A model generated the notes under the pieces. The model was not told where the DNA came from. It did no database searches and saw only the letters and a list, made by a program, of their open reading frames with translations. Below, piece by piece: positions 8,966-18,001 of a DNA stretch of 64,000 bases (positions are counted from its first letter, which is position 1; each line of letters starts with the position of its first letter). The stretch comes from Planctomycetales bacterium. Its GTDB lineage: Bacteria; Planctomycetota; Planctomycetia; Planctomycetales; Planctomycetaceae. A program made the translations under genes and the position numbers. Location: positions 79,779 to 143,778 of the forward strand of contig JANQPT010000018.1 in assembly GCA_028285345.1 (NCBI GenBank). The letters run 5' to 3'.

Positions 8966-11900
8966 TCAACCGACCGGAGGCACGTCGCTGGGCATTTGGT
9001 CCGGTTTGGCTTCTCCGCTGTCGCCGGCGACCGGCGGCGCGTCGGGCAGGCCTTGTTTCTCGCGTTCGAAGCGTTCCCGCTCGGCGCGGAATGATGCGAT
9101 TGCGTCGCGAAAGCGCTGCTGTTCGTTTTGAAAATGCTGGACGTCCGCCTGGAACCGGCGGTGGGCTTCCTGCAGTTTTCCCTTTTCGCCCTCCAGATGC
9201 TCGCGTTCGAAGACCAATTCGGTCGCCTGCTGATGCTGCTCCTGCTCCGCGCGGGCCTTGTCGTTTTGGAAGGCCTGAACCGCCTCGCGGAACCGCTGCT
9301 GTTCGGCGAGGAATTGTTCTTGCTGCTGGGCGAATTCGGGATCACCCGGGGACGCCGCTGCCACGGGTGCTGCGCGAAGGGCGGCGAGTTCTTGCTCTAG
9401 CTTCTGTTTTTCCTCGCTCAACCGTGCCTGTGTTGATTGCGACTGCGCGAGCTCATTTTTCAGCTTCTCGAATTGTTCTTGATCGCCGGAGGCGTTGACA
9501 TCGTGCCCCATTTCGAATTTGAGCACTTCGGCGTTGAAGTGTTGCTGATCAGTGCGGAGTTTGTCCCGGTCCGCATCAAGTTTTTGCTGCGCGTCGTTGA
9601 GCGATTCGCGATCTTTGAGCAGACTGTTCTGTCCGGCTGTCAACTGCTCTTCGCGGGCCGTGAGATCGGAGTTGCGGCGCTCGAGGTCCGATTGCTGTTG
9701 GTCAAACTGTGACCGCGCGGCCGCCAATTGTTGCCGCTCCTGCTCCAGCTTCTCCCGTTCCTCCGAGGAGATCTCCGGCGCTACGGGCGGAGGAGCGGCG
9801 GCGAGTTTGTCTCGCTGTTCTTGAAGGGCCTGTTGTTCGACGTGCAGCTTATTTCGCTGGGCGTCGAGTGCCTCGCGGTCGCTGCTGAGTTGCTGGATTT
9901 GGGACTGCAATGCCTGCTGATCGGCCGCAAGTTTTGCGGTTTGTTCGTCGAACTCCGCACGGGTTCGCTCCCACTCTTGCTTCTGGGAATCCAGTTGCCG
10001 GCGTTCGTCCTCCAAGGCTGAGCGCTGCTGATTGAGCTCGTCTAATTCTGACGCGTCGACGGTCGCATCGGCAGCGAAATCCTGTTGCGTGACTTTTTCG
10101 TTGAATGCGTCCGTATCGCGCCGCAGTTCGTCCCGCTGAGCCTGCAACTCTCCCTGTTGGCGATCGAGTGCCTCGCGGTCGGCGGCCAGGGCTTGCTGCT
10201 GTTGATCCAGTTCCTGTTGGCGTGATTCGAGTTCGCTTTGCTGTGCCGTGAAATCGGACTGTTGCTGATCGAACTCACTACGGGCCTGTTCGATTTCCGC
10301 GCGCTGTCCGTCGAGCTCACCTGCGCGACGATCGACCTCGTCAGCGCGGGATTCGAGTGCCGTGCGCTCCTCTTGAAGCTGTGATTGCAACTGCTGGACG
10401 TCCGCGGCTTCGCTGGAGGCTTGTGCCTGCTGCGCCTGGTGGGTCTCCATTTCCTTCTGGAACTCGGACTTCTCGCGCTGCAAGGTTTCCCGCAGTTCCT
10501 GCGCTTGGGCCTGCTGCTGTTCCAGTTCTTTACGATCGGCGGCCTGTTTTTCGACTTCGTCCGCGATCTGCTGCTCCCGCTGTGACAACTCCTCGTCGCG
10601 TCGTTGGGCCTCAGTACGCTGTTGTTCCAAGTCGGCCCGCTGTTGGTCCAAATCGGACTTTTGTTTCTCCCAGTCCGCCATCTGGGTTTCGAGCGCGTCG
10701 CGATCCTCCTGCAGACGCTGCTGCTGTAGTTGCTGAAGCTCGACCGCTTCACCGCGGCTCTTTTCGTCCTCAGCGGATTTGTCGAGCGCGGCCTGCTGTT
10801 CTTGGCGAAACTGAGCAAGTTCCGTTTCGAGCTCTTCTCGTTTCTGCTGCAATTCCGTTTTCTCGGCCTCAAGATCCTGAGATTGGGTCGAGAGTTTGGC
10901 GAACTGGTTCTTCAGATCGGCCTGAGTCTGTTCGGCTTCTTTCTGCGCGGCTTCAAACTGTTTGCGTTCTTCCTCAAATTTGGCGCGCAGCTCGGCGATT
11001 TCTTTTTGCGCTTCTTCGGACTGAGAAACTCCGACGAGCGCCGCTTCCCGTTTCGCCTCGATACCGGCTAATTCTTCCCCGAAATTCAACTGCTCCGCCA
11101 GGAACTTCTCGTGTTCTGCCTGGAACTGCTGTTTTTCCTCCTCAAACTGCGTGCGCTCCCGGCCCAATTCTTCGAGACGCTCGGTGAGCTCTTCGAGCCG
11201 CTTGTCGTGCTCGGTTTGAAGTTCTTCCCGAATGTCGGCCAATTCTTGTTTTTCGTCCCGGAGCAGCAGTTGCGCTTCCTGAAGCTTTTCCCGCTCCGAC
11301 TGCGATTCTTTTTCAAACTGACGTTGTTGTTTCTGCAACAGTTCCCACTGTTCATCGAGCGCAGCGTGAGCCAATTTGGAAACGCCCGAGGCGGAATGGG
11401 AGACCTCGTTGACGGCGGCGACGTCGGAGACAAATTCCGCGTGCGAATATTCGGATGCTGAAGGTGATACCCCACCCGGCAGCACGATATCAGGAGGTTC
11501 TTCAACCGGTTTCAATGAGGACTCGTCGACTTCCTCGACATCGGGAAATGGCGGAAGTTCGTCGACTCCTGAGAGGGATAACTGATCGTCGTAGATGGAG
11601 TCCTCACTTGCATTGGACGACTCGGAAAAGCTGGGGCCGGTGTAGTGGATCCGCATGCGGTAGTTCTGAACGTCCAGAACCTCGCCGTCCTCAAGCAAGT
11701 GACACGCGACCTGCTGGCCGTCGACGGAAACCGTATTGCGGGAGAGTAAGTCGATCACCCACAGGCCTTGCGACGTTCTGAGCAAGGAACAATGGACCCG
11801 GGGATTGCCACCGGCGATGCGGATCTTGCAGCCGGAGACTTTGCCGGCCAGCGTCAACATGCGGCTGACGGCCCAGAAGCGGTTTTCACCGTCCTCGCGG

Positions 11901-12346
11901 AGGAATTCCAAATCGACTTCCGGCAGGGGTCCGCATTCGTCTTCGTAGCGGTTCAGAGGGTTGAGATTACCGAGCGAGAATTCGGAGCTCTTCCCCGCGA
12001 AGGGGTCGTCCGGTTCGACTTCGAGGGAAAATGATCCGATCCGCGCGCGGCGTCCGGGGACGAGCCAATCGGCGCGGCGGGGTCCGCCGGCCCAGTGGGT
12101 TCCGTTGCGGCTTCCCAAATCGACGCAAAACACGTTGCCGTTGACGACCTGGAGGTAGGCGTGACGCGAACTGACCTTGGCACAATCCAAAGTAACGTCG
12201 CAATTCGAGGAGCGTCCGATCACCGCATAGGGAGACTCGATCGTCGTCACCCACGTTTCATCGGTTTTGGTGTCCGTCAGCGCCAGCCGAATCGGTCCCT
12301 CTGCCCCCGTGGCCTTGCGCAACATTTCAACCAGCTGCTCATCCAC
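8966..12346 (-). CDS. Tandem-FHA domain protein with ~800-aa Glu/Gln/Arg-rich coiled-coil
   Basis: FHA1: AVIGRSSNCDVTLDCAKVSSRHAYLQVVNGNVFCVDLGSRNGTHWAG. FHA2: FWAVSRMLTLAGKVSGCKIRIAGG...HCSLLRTSQGLWVIDLLSRNTVSVDG. The remainder is E/Q/R/L/A-rich heptad repeats (EELQTEHDKRLEELTERLEELGRERTQFEEEKQQF...). 1126 aa. Confidence 0.8.
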   Translation of the reverse strand: MDEQLVEMLRKATGAEGPIRLALTDTKTDETWVTTIESPYAVIGRSSNCDVTLDCAKVSSRHAYLQVVNGNVFCVDLGSRNGTHWAGGPRRADWLVPGRRARIGSFSLEVEPDDPFAGKSSEFSLGNLNPLNRYEDECGPLPEVDLEFLREDGENRFWAVSRMLTLAGKVSGCKIRIAGGNPRVHCSLLRTSQGLWVIDLLSRNTVSVDGQQVACHLLEDGEVLDVQNYRMRIHYTGPSFSESSNASEDSIYDDQLSLSGVDELPPFPDVEEVDESSLKPVEEPPDIVLPGGVSPSASEYSHAEFVSDVAAVNEVSHSASGVSKLAHAALDEQWELLQKQQRQFEKESQSEREKLQEAQLLLRDEKQELADIREELQTEHDKRLEELTERLEELGRERTQFEEEKQQFQAEHEKFLAEQLNFGEELAGIEAKREAALVGVSQSEEAQKEIAELRAKFEEERKQFEAAQKEAEQTQADLKNQFAKLSTQSQDLEAEKTELQQKREELETELAQFRQEQQAALDKSAEDEKSRGEAVELQQLQQQRLQEDRDALETQMADWEKQKSDLDQQRADLEQQRTEAQRRDEELSQREQQIADEVEKQAADRKELEQQQAQAQELRETLQREKSEFQKEMETHQAQQAQASSEAADVQQLQSQLQEERTALESRADEVDRRAGELDGQRAEIEQARSEFDQQQSDFTAQQSELESRQQELDQQQQALAADREALDRQQGELQAQRDELRRDTDAFNEKVTQQDFAADATVDASELDELNQQRSALEDERRQLDSQKQEWERTRAEFDEQTAKLAADQQALQSQIQQLSSDREALDAQRNKLHVEQQALQEQRDKLAAAPPPVAPEISSEEREKLEQERQQLAAARSQFDQQQSDLERRNSDLTAREEQLTAGQNSLLKDRESLNDAQQKLDADRDKLRTDQQHFNAEVLKFEMGHDVNASGDQEQFEKLKNELAQSQSTQARLSEEKQKLEQELAALRAAPVAAASPGDPEFAQQQEQFLAEQQRFREAVQAFQNDKARAEQEQHQQATELVFEREHLEGEKGKLQEAHRRFQADVQHFQNEQQRFRDAIASFRAERERFEREKQGLPDAPPVAGDSGEAKPDQMPSDVPPVG

Positions 12347-12653
12347 GATTTCCGGTCCCTTCTCCTCTGCTTGAAGTCAACAATTGACTGTTTAAGCCTG
12401 CATTCTGGGCGGTTCGTAACGCGGAAGTCAAGGACTGTCTCGTGCCTGGAGAAGCCTCCGACAAGATTGGCTCTCGGCGAACGGCACAGCTTTCCCGACG
12501 CGACCGCCGCACGTGGGGGTTTCGTCCGATTTGACAACGAGTCCGGTGGAGATAAACTGGCGCTCCAAGCAGAGAACGAAGTATGCGCGGGTGATTTTTG
12601 ATCCGCCGCGAGACTTGATACTGAGATTGCTGTTGAGAAGTGAGGTAAGAGCG

Positions 12654-14564
12654 ATGTCACAAGCAGCCGACAAAGAGCAGTTTACGTTTCAAACAGAGAT
12701 CAAGCAGCTATTGCATTTGCTGTCGCATTCTCTGTATCAGAATCGCGAAATCACGATCCGCGAATTGGTCTCGAATGCATCGGATGCACTGGACAAGATG
12801 CGGTTTATCCAACTCAATGAAGAGGAGTACCGCGACGAAGCTGCTTTGGAGATTGTGCTCAAACCGGACGAAGAGGAGCGGGTGCTCTCGATCGTGGACA
12901 ACGGAAACGGGCTGACACATGACGAGTTGGTGGAGAATCTCGGCACGATCGCGCACAGCGGGTCGCTGGAATTCCTCAACAAACTCTCCGGCGACGCCCA
13001 AGCGGACCTTTCGCTGATCGGGCAATTCGGCGTCGGTTTCTATTCGGCGTTTATGCTGGCCGACCGGGTCGAGGTCTTAACCCGCAGCTATCGTGACGAG
13101 ACCGGTTGGCGGTGGGAGTCCGATGGAACCGGAAGTTTCTCGATCGAGCCCGCCGAAGAATCGCTGCCCCGGGGCACCTGCGTACGCTTGCATCTGAAGG
13201 AAGGTCACGAGGAGTTCACTCGCGAGGAGCGGCTGAAGTACATCATTCGCAAGCATTCCTCGTTTGTTCCGCACCCGATCAAATTGGGCGACGAGCAACT
13301 GAACGAGCAACGGGCAATTTGGTCCGAACCGAAGAGTCAGTTGAACGACGAAGACTACGACAGTTTCTATCAGTATCTGACGCATCGCGCCGACGAGAAA
13401 CCGCTGTGGCGGTTGCATCTCTCGGCAGATTCGCCGATCCAATTTCATGCACTGATCTATTGTCCGGAGACGAACCTGGAGTCGATGGGATTCGGACGGG
13501 TCGAACATGGAATGCATCTGTGCGCCAAACGGATCCTGGTGCAGGACGATTGCCGCGAATTGGTTCCCGAATATCTGCGGTTTCTGTACGGCATCGTCGA
13601 TTCGGCGGACTTGCCGCTAAATGTCTCCCGGCAAGCGCTGCAGGACGACACCGTGTTTCGCAAGATCCGGAAAGTTCTTATCAAGCGGGTGCTGGATCAC
13701 CTGGCGAAAATGGCGGCGGACCAGACCGACGAATACCTCCGATTCTATGAGCAGTTCGGCACCATTCTCCGCGAAGGGGTGAGCACCGATTTTGAAAACC
13801 GGGAGAAGATCGCCAAGCTGATGCGATTTCAATCGTCGGAGGTGAACGAGGGTGAGAATCCGACGTCGCTGGATGAGTATCTCGAACGGGCTGGAGACGA
13901 TCAAAAGCAGATCTATTACCTGGGCGGAGCGGATTTGGCGGCGATTCGGAAGAACCCCAATTTGGAGATCTTCCGTAAGAAGAACTTGGAGGTGTTATAC
14001 CTTGCCGATCCGATCGACGAGATCATGCTCTCGAACTTGCACACCTACCGCGAGAAGCAATTGACCTCGATTGATGCCGCCGACGTGGAGTTTCCCCAGA
14101 CGGAGGATTCCGACAGCGGCGAAACGGACGCGACCGATCAAAGCGAATCGGCCGACGCGACCACGCCGGGATTTGAAAAAGTGGTGAACTTGTTCAAACA
14201 GGCGTTGGGCGAGGATGTCGAGGACGTGCGCGCCTCGAAACGGCTGACGGACAGCCCGGTCTGCCTGGTGAACCCTGAAGGTTCGATGAGCACGCAAATG
14301 CAGAAAATGCTGCAGATGACGACGAAAGATTTTCAAATGTCCAAGCGGATTCTGGAAATCAATCCCTCCGCCCCGCTGATTAAGCGGTTGGGCGATCTGT
14401 CGGGAAACGCGGACCATGACGACTTCATTCGCCAATGTGCGCGGCAATTGTTCGCCAACGCGATGCTGCTGGAGGGGCTTCCTCCCAACGTCGAGGAGGT
14501 CGTCAACCGCACGCAGTCGTTTATGTCGGAGCTCGCGGAGAAGCGGTCACCGATTATTACGTAG
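12654..14564 (+). CDS. htpG: Molecular chaperone HtpG (Hsp90)
   Basis: Hsp90 N-terminal signature YQNREITIRELVSNASDALDKMR, GQFGVGFYSAFMLADRV, full length ~636 aa. Start set at ATG 12654 (MSQAADKEQFTFQTEIKQLL), preceded by gaggtaagagcg. The ORF track's 12513 start adds 47 non-conserved residues. Confidence 0.9.
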   Translation: MSQAADKEQFTFQTEIKQLLHLLSHSLYQNREITIRELVSNASDALDKMRFIQLNEEEYRDEAALEIVLKPDEEERVLSIVDNGNGLTHDELVENLGTIAHSGSLEFLNKLSGDAQADLSLIGQFGVGFYSAFMLADRVEVLTRSYRDETGWRWESDGTGSFSIEPAEESLPRGTCVRLHLKEGHEEFTREERLKYIIRKHSSFVPHPIKLGDEQLNEQRAIWSEPKSQLNDEDYDSFYQYLTHRADEKPLWRLHLSADSPIQFHALIYCPETNLESMGFGRVEHGMHLCAKRILVQDDCRELVPEYLRFLYGIVDSADLPLNVSRQALQDDTVFRKIRKVLIKRVLDHLAKMAADQTDEYLRFYEQFGTILREGVSTDFENREKIAKLMRFQSSEVNEGENPTSLDEYLERAGDDQKQIYYLGGADLAAIRKNPNLEIFRKKNLEVLYLADPIDEIMLSNLHTYREKQLTSIDAADVEFPQTEDSDSGETDATDQSESADATTPGFEKVVNLFKQALGEDVEDVRASKRLTDSPVCLVNPEGSMSTQMQKMLQMTTKDFQMSKRILEINPSAPLIKRLGDLSGNADHDDFIRQCARQLFANAMLLEGLPPNVEEVVNRTQSFMSELAEKRSPIIT

Positions 14565-14740
14565 CGACCCGGATCAACGGCCCCGCTGAGTCGGCGGATG
14601 TATCACGTCGCTAAGCGGGTTGAGCCGAATCTTTCTTGACGGACGCAGAGTGTCGTGAGACAATTCTGTTGTCGTGTGTGGAGATGCGTCTCTCCGTCTG
14701 TCTTGAAATCCCGAAATTGAATTTGTCTAGGATCAAAAAC

Positions 14741-15412
14741 ATGTCCGCCAAACACCTAATGTTCGCCTGCTGTTTGGTTCTCGTCTCCGTGACAGGTGCC
14801 GCCGCTGCGGAAATCTCGGGAGAGTACCTCGAGGCCCGAAGTTGCGATGTGTGGACCGGCCCCTGTTTCGCCAACGGAGAAATCGGCCTGTCGGGCAAAG
14901 AAGCCGTGATGGCCTGGAAAGTCGACAAAGGAAAGTGGAACGGCGTGAAACTGGACAACCTTTCCGCGGTGCTCGTCGTCAAGGCTGAAGACACGTTGGG
15001 GTTTGGCGGTTCGTTCGACATCAATCCCGACCCGATCAAGTCGGTCATTCTGGTCGACAAGAATGCAAATGACCAACAACGAAAAGCGCTGATCGCGTTC
15101 GTGAAGGATTCGGCGAAGAAGTTGACCAAACATGTGCAATGTGTCGAGCAGACCGAGATCGATTTGAAGAACGACCACGTCAGCGGCGTGGGCGTGCTCA
15201 AAGCGGGCAAGTTGGCGAAGATCGAAACACGCGAGCTGAAAGATGGCGATTGCATCTGTACCAACGAGGATGTGTTCTATCCCCCGCTGACCGACGTTGA
15301 GAATTCCCACCCCGCCTATACCACGAAGCTCAGTTTCGCCGGCAAGGGTCTGAACAATACCTGGAACCTGCTCGGACAACGGAGCGCCTTCCTGGCGACA
15401 TTCGAAAAGTAG
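14741..15412 (+). CDS. Secreted hypothetical protein with conserved Cys pairs
   Basis: Signal peptide MSAKHLMFACCLVLVSVTGAAAA. Cys in ARSCDVWTGPCF, HVQCVEQ, DGDCICT. Followed by a terminator. The antisense ORFs (14611..15264, 14756..15448) are rejected. Confidence 0.6.
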   Translation: MSAKHLMFACCLVLVSVTGAAAAEISGEYLEARSCDVWTGPCFANGEIGLSGKEAVMAWKVDKGKWNGVKLDNLSAVLVVKAEDTLGFGGSFDINPDPIKSVILVDKNANDQQRKALIAFVKDSAKKLTKHVQCVEQTEIDLKNDHVSGVGVLKAGKLAKIETRELKDGDCICTNEDVFYPPLTDVENSHPAYTTKLSFAGKGLNNTWNLLGQRSAFLATFEK

Positions 15413-15452
15413 TCGCTGGGCGGGACTGGTCACAGGTACAACATGCACACTT

Positions 15453-15492
15453 GAGCGGGAGGGCCGGTTTTTGCCGCCTCCCGCTAGTTTTT
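15453..15492 (+). terminator. Rho-independent terminator-like hairpin
   Basis: gcgggagggccggtttttgccgcctcccgc stem-loop followed by tagttttttg, 40 nt after the stop of the 14741..15412 CDS. Confidence 0.55.
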
Positions 15493-15623
15493 TGCCGGGA
15501 GGCGGTTGCTAAACCTGTCAACGGCGCGCGACTCGGATACAATGGAACTGACGGGCGAGAGCCGCTCGTCATCACTGTCAAACCTAATACATCTAATTCT
15601 TTGCAACCAGTCGAGGCACTTCG

Positions 15624-16301
15624 ATGAAATTGCGATCTGTTGTGGTCCTGCTCTGCTGTCTCAGTGCGGGACACCTTGTTGCTGCGGAATCCTCCCATAA
15701 GATCAAGACCGTCAAAGGCCACCCGAAAGGGCTCTCGGAAAAAGTGGCGGCGCGGATCCATGAGACCGGCTATCAGATCACCGGTCCCGACGGCGTGGTC
15801 GGGATTATCTGGCCGGCGAAGGAGATTCCCGTCAAAGCGAAGTTCAAGCCGACGTTGAGCGTCGCCTACCCATTCGCGAATGGAGAATTACTCGGCGCCG
15901 TCCATTTTCCCAAGGGAACAATGGGGTTGGATTTTCGTGCTCAAGAGATTGCGGCTGGCGTGTATACCCTCCGTTACGGACAACAGCCCGAGGACGGCAA
16001 CCACCTGGGCACGAGCGACATCCGCGATTTTTGTCTCGCTCTGCCGGCGGCCAAGGATAAGGATCCCAAGCCGATTGCTGACGAAATGCGCCGCAACGAG
16101 TCGTCGGCCGAGGCGGCTGGTTCGACACATCCGGCGATCTTCTTGATGAGCGCACCGCCCAAGAAGCCGGAGAAAGAAGCGAAGCTGATCCACCACGAAG
16201 ACGAAGATTACTGGATCTTGCAAGTTCCCACGACTTCTAAGGCCAAAAAGAAGACTTCGCCGATCACGATTCGGATCGTTGTCGTTGGATTGGGTGAATG
16301 A
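15624..16301 (+). CDS. Secreted hypothetical protein (225 aa)
   Basis: Signal peptide MKLRSVVVLLCCLSAGHLVAA. Lys-rich C-terminus. Its stop overlaps the next gene's start (tgATGatg). Confidence 0.55.
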   Translation: MKLRSVVVLLCCLSAGHLVAAESSHKIKTVKGHPKGLSEKVAARIHETGYQITGPDGVVGIIWPAKEIPVKAKFKPTLSVAYPFANGELLGAVHFPKGTMGLDFRAQEIAAGVYTLRYGQQPEDGNHLGTSDIRDFCLALPAAKDKDPKPIADEMRRNESSAEAAGSTHPAIFLMSAPPKKPEKEAKLIHHEDEDYWILQVPTTSKAKKKTSPITIRIVVVGLGE

Positions 16302-16894
16302 TGTTCCGCGCCCGAGTCTTGGTGTTGACGGCGTTCGCGCTTTGTGTGCTGTGCTGTCGAGTCGGCCGAACCGATGAGCAAAAGCCGTCTGCGAATGCCA
16401 AAGCCGGTCAAAATGGCGACGAGCCGACCGGTGAGGTGCGTGTCGTACTTCTCAAGGGGACGGTTACGTTTCTCGGACCCGCTCTGCGCAAGCAGGGAGT
16501 GAAGGCCTACAAGGAGATGGACCAGCAGGTCGTGTTGATCACCGACGGCGGCGAGATGGTGCCGCTGGTCGCCGACTGGCGAGGCCGGGCGTTTTATCAA
16601 GACAAACGGCTCCGCGACCGCAAAGTGGAGTTGGTCCTCCGCCGGCGGTCCAAGATTCCCTACGCACAGGTCATGTCAGTCTATACGTTCGACGATAAGA
16701 ACCGCCGACAATACACCGACTATTGGTGCGACATCTGTTCGATCCCGATGTACGAAATCAAGGATTGTGAATGCTGTCAGGGCCCGATCCGCCTGCGTTT
16801 TCAAGACCGCCCGCTGCCGTCGTACATTCGAGAGCAACTGAAGAGTGACGAGCGGAAGGATTCGCAAACCAAGCCGGACGATAAAGCCATGTAG
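16298..16894 (+). CDS. Secreted hypothetical protein with C-terminal Cys cluster (198 aa)
   Basis: Signal peptide MMFRARVLVLTAFALCVLCC. CDICSIPMYEIKDCECCQGP motif. Translationally coupled to the upstream gene. Confidence 0.55.
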   Translation: MMFRARVLVLTAFALCVLCCRVGRTDEQKPSANAKAGQNGDEPTGEVRVVLLKGTVTFLGPALRKQGVKAYKEMDQQVVLITDGGEMVPLVADWRGRAFYQDKRLRDRKVELVLRRRSKIPYAQVMSVYTFDDKNRRQYTDYWCDICSIPMYEIKDCECCQGPIRLRFQDRPLPSYIREQLKSDERKDSQTKPDDKAM

Positions 16895-17005
16895 GGTGCG
16901 TTGCGACGCACCGCCTATTTGTTGCATAAAGCATGGTGCGTCGCGACGCACCCTACGAAACTGACAAGACGCTGATTTCCGTTTCACCGCACCCTACGAA
17001 ACTGA
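16891..17005. repeat. REP-like palindromic element cluster (hairpin + CCCTAC tail), 3 units
   Basis: gtagggtgcgttgcgacgcacc (inverted unit), then ggtgcgtcgcgacgcaccctacgaaactga (18-bp perfect palindrome ggtgcgtcgcgacgcacc), then caccgcaccctacgaaactga. Same family as 49942..50085 and 59788..59808. Confidence 0.7.
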
Positions 17006-17027
17006 TCGCCGGACGTTTTCGAACCGC

Positions 17028-17984
17028 ATGGATTGGAATCTCAATCATCGAGCGCTCACTCTGGTCGAGGATTTGCCGCAGCGAGCCGATCAACTGCGGA
17101 TTCGGCAGCAGGAGATTTCCGGCGGGGGCACGGTCTGGGATTTTGGCGTCGATGTCCCTGGCAGCCTCGGGGCGGGACTGGCGCTGGCGGAAATCTGCAC
17201 CGCCGGGCTTGCCGAGATGTCGCTGCTGCCAGGCGAAGTTGCCGGAGGTAGTTGCCCCCACATTGGGGTCGCCGCCGAGCAACCGGTCGCGGCCTGTTTA
17301 CTCAGCCAGTACGCCGGCTGGCAGATCGCGGTGGAGGATTTCTTCGGCATGGGTTCCGGCCCGATGCGAGCAGCGGCGGCGCGTGAGGAGTTGTTTGATA
17401 AGCTCGCCTATCGTGAACAGCCCGGTCTGTGCGTCGGCGTGTTGGAAACCGATCGTCTGCCGGATCAGAAGGTGATCGACTTCATTAGCGAGCGGACGGC
17501 AATACCGGCGGACCAAATCACGCTTCTCGCCGCCCCGACCGCGAGTCTTGCCGGCACGCTGCAGGTCGTCGCGCGCGTCGTGGAAACGGCGCTGCACAAG
17601 CTGTTTGAACTCGAGTTTGACGTCACGCGAATCGTCAGCGGCTACGGCGTTGCGCCGCTGGCGCCGGTCGCCGCCGATTTTCTGTCGGGAATCGGGCGTA
17701 CCAACGACGCAATCCTGTACGGCGGGCGAGTTAAGTTGTGGGTCACCGGCGACGACGACTCGCTGCAGGCAATCGGGCCGCAAGTGCCGGCGGACTCTTC
17801 TGATGCTTACGGTCGGCCGTTTCTGGAGATCTTCGAAGCGGCGGGGCGCGATTTCTACAAGATCGACCCGCATCTGTTCAGCCCGGCGGAGATTACGTTT
17901 CAGAACATCGAGACCGGCCGTACGCACCGTTTCGGCCGGGTTGCTCCGGAAATCGTTGCTCAATCGTTCGGATTTTCCGGCTAA
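17028..17984 (+). CDS. mch: Methenyltetrahydromethanopterin cyclohydrolase (Mch)
   Basis: 318 aa. Motifs recalled from archaeal/methylotroph Mch: GGGTVWDFGVDVPGSLGAGLALAEICTAGLA, YAGWQI...FFGMGSGPMRA, LLAAPTASLAGTLQVVARVVETA, YGVAPLAPVAAD...GRTNDAILYGG, FYKIDPHLFSPAEIT. H4MPT-linked C1 genes are known in Planctomycetes. Confidence 0.7.
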   Translation: MDWNLNHRALTLVEDLPQRADQLRIRQQEISGGGTVWDFGVDVPGSLGAGLALAEICTAGLAEMSLLPGEVAGGSCPHIGVAAEQPVAACLLSQYAGWQIAVEDFFGMGSGPMRAAAAREELFDKLAYREQPGLCVGVLETDRLPDQKVIDFISERTAIPADQITLLAAPTASLAGTLQVVARVVETALHKLFELEFDVTRIVSGYGVAPLAPVAADFLSGIGRTNDAILYGGRVKLWVTGDDDSLQAIGPQVPADSSDAYGRPFLEIFEAAGRDFYKIDPHLFSPAEITFQNIETGRTHRFGRVAPEIVAQSFGFSG

Positions 17985-18001
17985 AATCCCGGTCAAGAAC
18001 C

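Noticed and set aside
9128-11187. Many long ORFs on both strands inside 8966..12346 (e.g. 10042..10872 -, 10357..11187 +, 8926..9498 +, 9728..10021 +)
   Set aside because: Low-complexity antisense or alt-frame products (S/R/K or L/F-rich) of the coiled-coil gene's repetitive GAG/CAG/CGC codons. No motifs.
12347-12653. Possible heat-shock regulatory site upstream of htpG (CTTGAA at ~12371; gtcaacaattgac near-palindrome)
   Set aside because: No CCCCAT -10 partner at the right spacing and no CIRCE (TTAGCACTC-N9-GAGTGCTAA). The near-palindrome is imperfect. Not supportable.
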